Positions 59,524-64,000 of a DNA stretch of 64,000 nt are shown here, piece after piece (positions within the stretch are counted from its first letter, which is position 1; each line of letters begins with the position of its first letter). The DNA comes from an uncultured delta proteobacterium (GTDB lineage Bacteria > Myxococcota > Myxococcia > SLRQ01), in NCBI GenBank assembly GCA_963727485.1, contig CAVSGM010000002.1, positions 1,120,001-1,184,000 on the forward strand, in the 5' to 3' direction. The notes beneath the pieces are model-generated. The model was not told the origin of the DNA. It did not search any database and saw only the letters and a program-made list of their open reading frames with translations. A program made the translations under genes and the position numbers.

Positions 59524-62103
59524 CTAGTACTGCTGGGCCACCCAGGCGACGGCGTTCTCGAAGAAGACCGCGTCGTCGTCGACGGTCCACCCGTCGTAGA
59601 CCTTGGACGAGTCGCTCGCCGTCCCGTCGTCGGCGGTGGACGAGTCCCCGTGGACCACGAACCGCCCCTGCCCCAGGGAGCCCTGGGCGTCGAAGGTGCC
59701 CCCGGAGAGGGTGCTCAAGGACACCAGGGAGGCGTTGGCGGTGGTGTCGAGGGTCATGGTGCTGCCGTTCCAGCACCCGAGGGTGTGGACGGGGCCATAG
59801 GGGCCGTTGTCCACCGCCCCGTTGCCCGCGGCGCTGGCGGTGCCCGAGACGTTGTCCCCGGTGAGGTGCACGCCCCAGCTCGCGGTGCCGAAGAGCTGGT
59901 TGAGGACCTGCCAGGCGGAGTAGCCGCTGTGGTTCCGGTCGGCGCCGCCGTGGTCGCTGATGGCGATGAGGCCCCCGCCGTTCTGGACGAAGCTGTCGAT
60001 GGCCTGCATCTCCGAGGAGGTGAACACGTCGTTGGGCTCGGGGATGACCAGCACCTGGTAGTTGGAGAGGTCCTGGGCGGCGCTGGTGCCGTAGCTCAGG
60101 GTGCCGCCCGGGGGCAGGGTCTGGATGTCGTACTTCCCGGTCTTCACCAGGGCCACCCCGAAGCTCGAGTAGGCGCCCTTCCAGTCCGTGCCCGTGGTGG
60201 GGCTCGCCGGGGAGGGGGTGGGCATGTGGGTGTCGACGATCCAGTCGGCGTTGGCCGCCTGCTCGGCGTGGGCGTCGTCGAAGAGGACGTGCACGATGCC
60301 CCCACCGCCTCCGCCGCCCCCGCCGCCCGCGCTGACGTCGAGGGCCAGGGTCGCGTAGTGGGTGTGGGCGGAGGAGGCGCCGTAGAGGCGGACGCTGGCC
60401 CCGCTGACCGCGGCGGCCGAGGCGTCGGCGGCGAGGGTCACGGTGGTGTCGGCGCCGGCGGTCACCTGGGTGGGGCTGAAGGTGGCGGTGACGCCGGTGG
60501 GCAGCCCGGTGGCGTGGAAGGCGATGGTGGGCGCGGTCCCGCTGACCGTCGCGGTGTGGACGGTCACCGTGGTGCTGGCCCCGGCCGCCACCGTCGCCGA
60601 GGCGGTGGAGAGGCTGACGGTGAAGTCGCCGGGGGTCCCGCCACCGCCGCCGCCGCTCGGCGCGGTGTAGCTGCCGGTGAGGCTGACGTTGGCGAAGCTC
60701 TGGTAGCCGTTGAGCATCACGTAGTACGTCCCGGCCTGGACGTTGGAGATGGTGCAGGTCTCGGCGTTCCCGGCGACGTAGGGCCGGCAGTCGTAGGTGG
60801 AGAGGGTCGGCGCCGAGCCGAAGCGCACGTACATGTCCTCGTCGCCGCTGCCCCCGGCGGTGGTGAACACCAGGTTCGTGGCCCCGGCGGGGACGGCGAG
60901 GGTGTAGGTGGTCTGGCTGCCCTGGGCGCCGCTCACGCTCACGGCGACGCCGTTGGTGAGCGCGTTGCCGCCGCCGTTGCCGCCGCCGCCGCTGCTGGCG
61001 GTGACGGCCACGGTGAGCGCCTGGTAGTGGGTGTTGGCGGAGGAGGCGCCGTAGAGGCGGACGCTGGCCCCGCTGACCGCGGCGGCCGCGGCGTCGGCGG
61101 CGAGGGTCACGGTGGTGTCGGCGCCGGCGGTCACCTGGGTGGGGCTGAAGGTGGCGGTGACGCCGGTGGGCAGCCCGGTGGCGTGGAAGGCGATGGTGGG
61201 CGCGGTGCCGCTGACCGGCGCGGTGTGGAGGGTCACGGTGGCGCTGGCCCCGGCGGCCACGGTCACCGAGGCGGTGGAGAGGGTCAGGGTGAAGTCGCCG
61301 GGGGTCCCGCCGCCGCCGCCACCGGTCGGGGCGGTGTAGCTGCCCGTGAGGCTCACCCCCGAGTAGCTCTGGTACCCGTTGAGCATCACGTAGTAGGTGC
61401 CCGCCTGGACGTTCGAGATGGTGCAGGTCTCGGCGTTCCCCGAGACGTAGGGGCGGCAGTCGTAGGTGGAGAGGGTGGGCGCCGCGCCGAAGCGCACGTA
61501 GAGGTCCTCGTCGCCGCTGCCGCCGGAGGTGGCGAACACCAGGCCCGTGGCCCCGGCGGGGACGGCGAGGGTGTAGACGGTCTGGCTCCCCTGGGCGCCG
61601 CTGGCGGTCACCGCCACCCCGTTGGTCAGGGCGGTGCCGCCCCCGCCGCCGCTCGGCGCGGTGTAGCTGCCCTTCAGGCTCACGCCCGAGTAGGCCTTCC
61701 AGCCGTTGAGCATCACGTAGTACGTCCCGGCCTGGACGTTCGAGATGGTGCAGGTCTCGGCGTTCCCGGGGACGTAGGGCCGGCAGTCGTAGGTGGAGAG
61801 GGTCGGCGCCGAGCCGAAGCGCACGTACATGTCCTCGTCGCCGCTGCCCCCGGCGGTGGTGAACACCAGGTTCGTGGCCCCGGCGGGGACGGCGAGGGTG
61901 TAGGTGGTCTGGCTGCCCTTGGCCCCGCTGGCGGTCACCGCCACCCCGTTGGCGAGGGCGCCGCCCGAGGCCGAGGTCACCGCCGCCGAGGCCCCGCCGC
62001 TGCCCCGCCCGCCGGTGAGGGCCCCGCCGCCGCAGCCGGCGACGAGCACCGGGGCGACGAGGGCGAGGAGGAGTGCTGCCTGCTTGGGATTGAGGTTCCG
62101 CAT
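59524..62103 (-). CDS. Lipoprotein with three PPC domains, two Ig-like domains and a C-terminal DUF4350/GATase-like domain
   Basis: Lipobox VAGC; three TYDCRPY..GNAETC repeats; two GDFT.SLST repeats; C-terminal VLFDDAHAEQAANADWIVD...IPEPN...ISDH. Confidence 0.85.
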   Translation of the reverse strand: MRNLNPKQAALLLALVAPVLVAGCGGGALTGGRGSGGASAAVTSASGGALANGVAVTASGAKGSQTTYTLAVPAGATNLVFTTAGGSGDEDMYVRFGSAPTLSTYDCRPYVPGNAETCTISNVQAGTYYVMLNGWKAYSGVSLKGSYTAPSGGGGGTALTNGVAVTASGAQGSQTVYTLAVPAGATGLVFATSGGSGDEDLYVRFGAAPTLSTYDCRPYVSGNAETCTISNVQAGTYYVMLNGYQSYSGVSLTGSYTAPTGGGGGGTPGDFTLTLSTASVTVAAGASATVTLHTAPVSGTAPTIAFHATGLPTGVTATFSPTQVTAGADTTVTLAADAAAAAVSGASVRLYGASSANTHYQALTVAVTASSGGGGNGGGNALTNGVAVSVSGAQGSQTTYTLAVPAGATNLVFTTAGGSGDEDMYVRFGSAPTLSTYDCRPYVAGNAETCTISNVQAGTYYVMLNGYQSFANVSLTGSYTAPSGGGGGGTPGDFTVSLSTASATVAAGASTTVTVHTATVSGTAPTIAFHATGLPTGVTATFSPTQVTAGADTTVTLAADASAAAVSGASVRLYGASSAHTHYATLALDVSAGGGGGGGGGGIVHVLFDDAHAEQAANADWIVDTHMPTPSPASPTTGTDWKGAYSSFGVALVKTGKYDIQTLPPGGTLSYGTSAAQDLSNYQVLVIPEPNDVFTSSEMQAIDSFVQNGGGLIAISDHGGADRNHSGYSAWQVLNQLFGTASWGVHLTGDNVSGTASAAGNGAVDNGPYGPVHTLGCWNGSTMTLDTTANASLVSLSTLSGGTFDAQGSLGQGRFVVHGDSSTADDGTASDSSKVYDGWTVDDDAVFFENAVAWVAQQY
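60330..61955 (-). repeat. Intragenic near-identical domain repeats (PPC x3, Ig-like x2)
   Basis: Near-identical ~300 bp blocks at about 61650-61955, 61320-61630 and 60655-60960 (PPC), and about 61000-61310 and 60330-60640 (Ig-like). Confidence 0.85.
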
Positions 62104-62261
62104 ACGCCGTCTCCAGAGTCGATCGGGGTCGTGATTCTGGCGTGGCGGACGTCGTGAGCTGCGGGGCGCCCGTCGAAGCGGCGGTAGTATGCGCGCCCCA
62201 CCTGTCCTGTGAACGGTCGACTGACCGGTGTAAGGACAGTCTGCCCGGGCGGCGCCTGGTT

Positions 62262-64000
62262 TCAGGTCGCGGGTGTCGTCAAAGGCGACAGCGCTGTCGC
62301 CCCGTTGGCCGGGACCACCGGGGCCCAGCCGGCGTCCCGGAGGGCCGCGTGGGCGGCGGCCCGGCGCTCGGCGTGGACCAGGAGCACCACCTCGTCCCCG
62401 ACCCTGGGCGCCTGGCCGTCGGTGACCGGGGCGCTCTTTCCGCCCCGGCGCAGGACCAGTGGCACCACCAGCGCCTCCCGGGGCTTCACCCCGAAGGGCG
62501 CCGCCTCGGGCCCCGGGGTCTCCAGGCGCCAGCGCTCGGTGGCCACCGCCCCCCGGCGCAGGCGCGAGGCCCACTGGGTGAGGTCCAGGGCGGCGGCGAA
62601 GAGGAGCTCGGCCCCGAGCCCGTGGACCATCTTCCGGGTCACCCCCTCGAGCTCGTGCTCCAGGGCCACCCCCAGGCGCCGGACCTTCCCCTCGGCCTTG
62701 GCCTTCTGGGCGAACAGGAGGTTGACCTCCTCGTTGGCGGTGACCCCCAGGGCCCCGGCGCGGGTCTCGATCTCGGCCCGGTGGAGGGTGCGCTCCTCGA
62801 GGCCGTTGCCGAAGATCACCTTCAGGCCCTCGGTCTCGGCGGCACTCGCGGCGTCGGGGTTCGAGTCCACCAGCACCACCTCCTCGCCCCCGTCCACCAG
62901 GGCCTTCGCCAGGGCCCGGCCCACGTCGTTGGCCCCGAGGATCACCCACCCGGTGTCCTGGCGCCGGCGCACCCCGAGGAGCCGGGCCATGAGGCCCCCG
63001 GTGAGCCCGGCGACCACCACGGTCACCGCGATCACCAGGAACACCAGGGCCCGCAGCGCGTCGCCGCCGGGGATCCCCGCCCGGGCGAGCTCCTCGGCGA
63101 AGAGCGACGCCACCGCCGCGGCGACGATGCCCCGGGGCCCCATCCACCCGATGAAGAGCTTCTGGCGCACCGTGAGGTCGGCGCGGAAGGTGCCGGCGAG
63201 GACGCACAGCGGCCGCACCACCAGGATCAGCGCCGCCACCACCGCCAGCCCCGCCCACCCCAGGGCGGTGACCTCGGCGACCCGGACGTCGGCGGCCAGG
63301 AGCACGAAGAGCATCCCGATGAGCATCACCGTGAGCTGCTCCTTGAACTCCAGCAGATCCCGGTGGACCACGATCCGGGCGTTGCCCACCACCACCCCGG
63401 CGACGCTCACCGCGGCGATGCCGCTCTCGGGCATGATCACGCTGGCGACCTGGTAGAGGGCCAGCACCAGCCCCAGGGTGAACACGTTCTCCAGGCCCTC
63501 GGGCACCAGGCCCTTGAGCCGGAGCACCACCGCCAGAAGCGCCCCGCCGGCGAGGCCCATCACCGCCCCGAAGCCCAGGCGCGAGACCACCGCCAGGGCG
63601 CCCCGGGCCAGGCTCTCGCCGCTCGGCGAGAGGGCCACCTCCAGGGCCACCACGGCGATGATCGCGCCGATGGCGTCGATGAGCACCCCCTCGGCCTCGA
63701 GGACGGTGCCCACCTTGTGGATCACCTTCACCCGGCGCAGCAGGGGGTTGATGACCGTGGGGCCGGTGACGATCACCAGGGTCCCGAAGAGGATCGACAT
63801 CCGCCAGGGCCAGCCGAGGAAGAGCCGCGCGGCCAGGGTCCCGCCCACGGCGGTCACCACCGCCCCCAGGGTGATGAGGTCGCGGATGGCGATTTGCTCG
63901 CGCCTGAGGCGCCGGAGGTCGAGGTTGAGGCCCCCCTCGAAGAGGATCACCGCCACCGCGAAGCCCACCAGGGTGATGAGGGCGCCGCCGAGGACGTCGG
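62262..64000 (-). CDS. Cation:proton antiporter (CPA1, NhaP-like) with TrkA-N domain (5'-truncated)
   Basis: ILFEGGL, VTGPTVI, EGVLID and GPRGIVAAA motifs; C-terminal ILGANDVG Rossmann-like domain. Confidence 0.9.
   Translation of the reverse strand, partial: DVLGGALITLVGFAVAVILFEGGLNLDLRRLRREQIAIRDLITLGAVVTAVGGTLAARLFLGWPWRMSILFGTLVIVTGPTVINPLLRRVKVIHKVGTVLEAEGVLIDAIGAIIAVVALEVALSPSGESLARGALAVVSRLGFGAVMGLAGGALLAVVLRLKGLVPEGLENVFTLGLVLALYQVASVIMPESGIAAVSVAGVVVGNARIVVHRDLLEFKEQLTVMLIGMLFVLLAADVRVAEVTALGWAGLAVVAALILVVRPLCVLAGTFRADLTVRQKLFIGWMGPRGIVAAAVASLFAEELARAGIPGGDALRALVFLVIAVTVVVAGLTGGLMARLLGVRRRQDTGWVILGANDVGRALAKALVDGGEEVVLVDSNPDAASAAETEGLKVIFGNGLEERTLHRAEIETRAGALGVTANEEVNLLFAQKAKAEGKVRRLGVALEHELEGVTRKMVHGLGAELLFAAALDLTQWASRLRRGAVATERWRLETPGPEAAPFGVKPREALVVPLVLRRGGKSAPVTDGQAPRVGDEVVLLVHAERRAAAHAALRDAGWAPVVPANGATALSPLTTPAT

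Noticed and set aside
60330..61955. Long direct repeats suggesting a mobile element or array
   Set aside because: They are in-frame protein-domain repeats; no transposase, integrase or terminal inverted repeats were seen.

Overview
This is a very GC-rich, gene-dense 64 kb chromosomal segment. Gene content and protein style suggest Myxococcota/deltaproteobacteria (inference), and at least five clean frameshifts suggest an error-prone long-read assembly. No rRNA, tRNA, CRISPR array or transposase was seen. Main blocks: (1) an Xre/RES toxin-antitoxin pair; (2) a ~10.3 kb sigma-54-controlled sulfur/chalcogen-respiration locus: Rieske protein, cytochrome b, a cytochrome c with 11 CxxCH motifs (+1 CX4CH), a PsrABC/PhsABC-type Mo reductase, two YeeE/YedE transporters (one with a pseudo-rhodanese domain and C-terminal GGGC) and a sigma-54 activator; (3) lipid/redox metabolic genes with two TetR operators, and a RecQ helicase with a histone H1-like tail; (4) a poorly characterised signalling cluster at 36.8-44.7 kb: an ABC-ATPase/protein-tyrosine-phosphatase fusion, a Roadblock-like protein, two unknown proteins and an intact plus a degenerate ATPase-HTH regulator, flanked by CDGSH Fe-S, truncated globin and YkgJ genes; (5) msrP, a fluoride riboswitch-crcB-DUF190 unit, a deoxyhypusine-synthase-like gene, hemF, a sigma-54-driven response regulator plus sigma-32-type factor, a PPC-repeat lipoprotein and a partial cation/H+ antiporter. 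Blocks 4 and 2 are the best candidates for an undescribed system.
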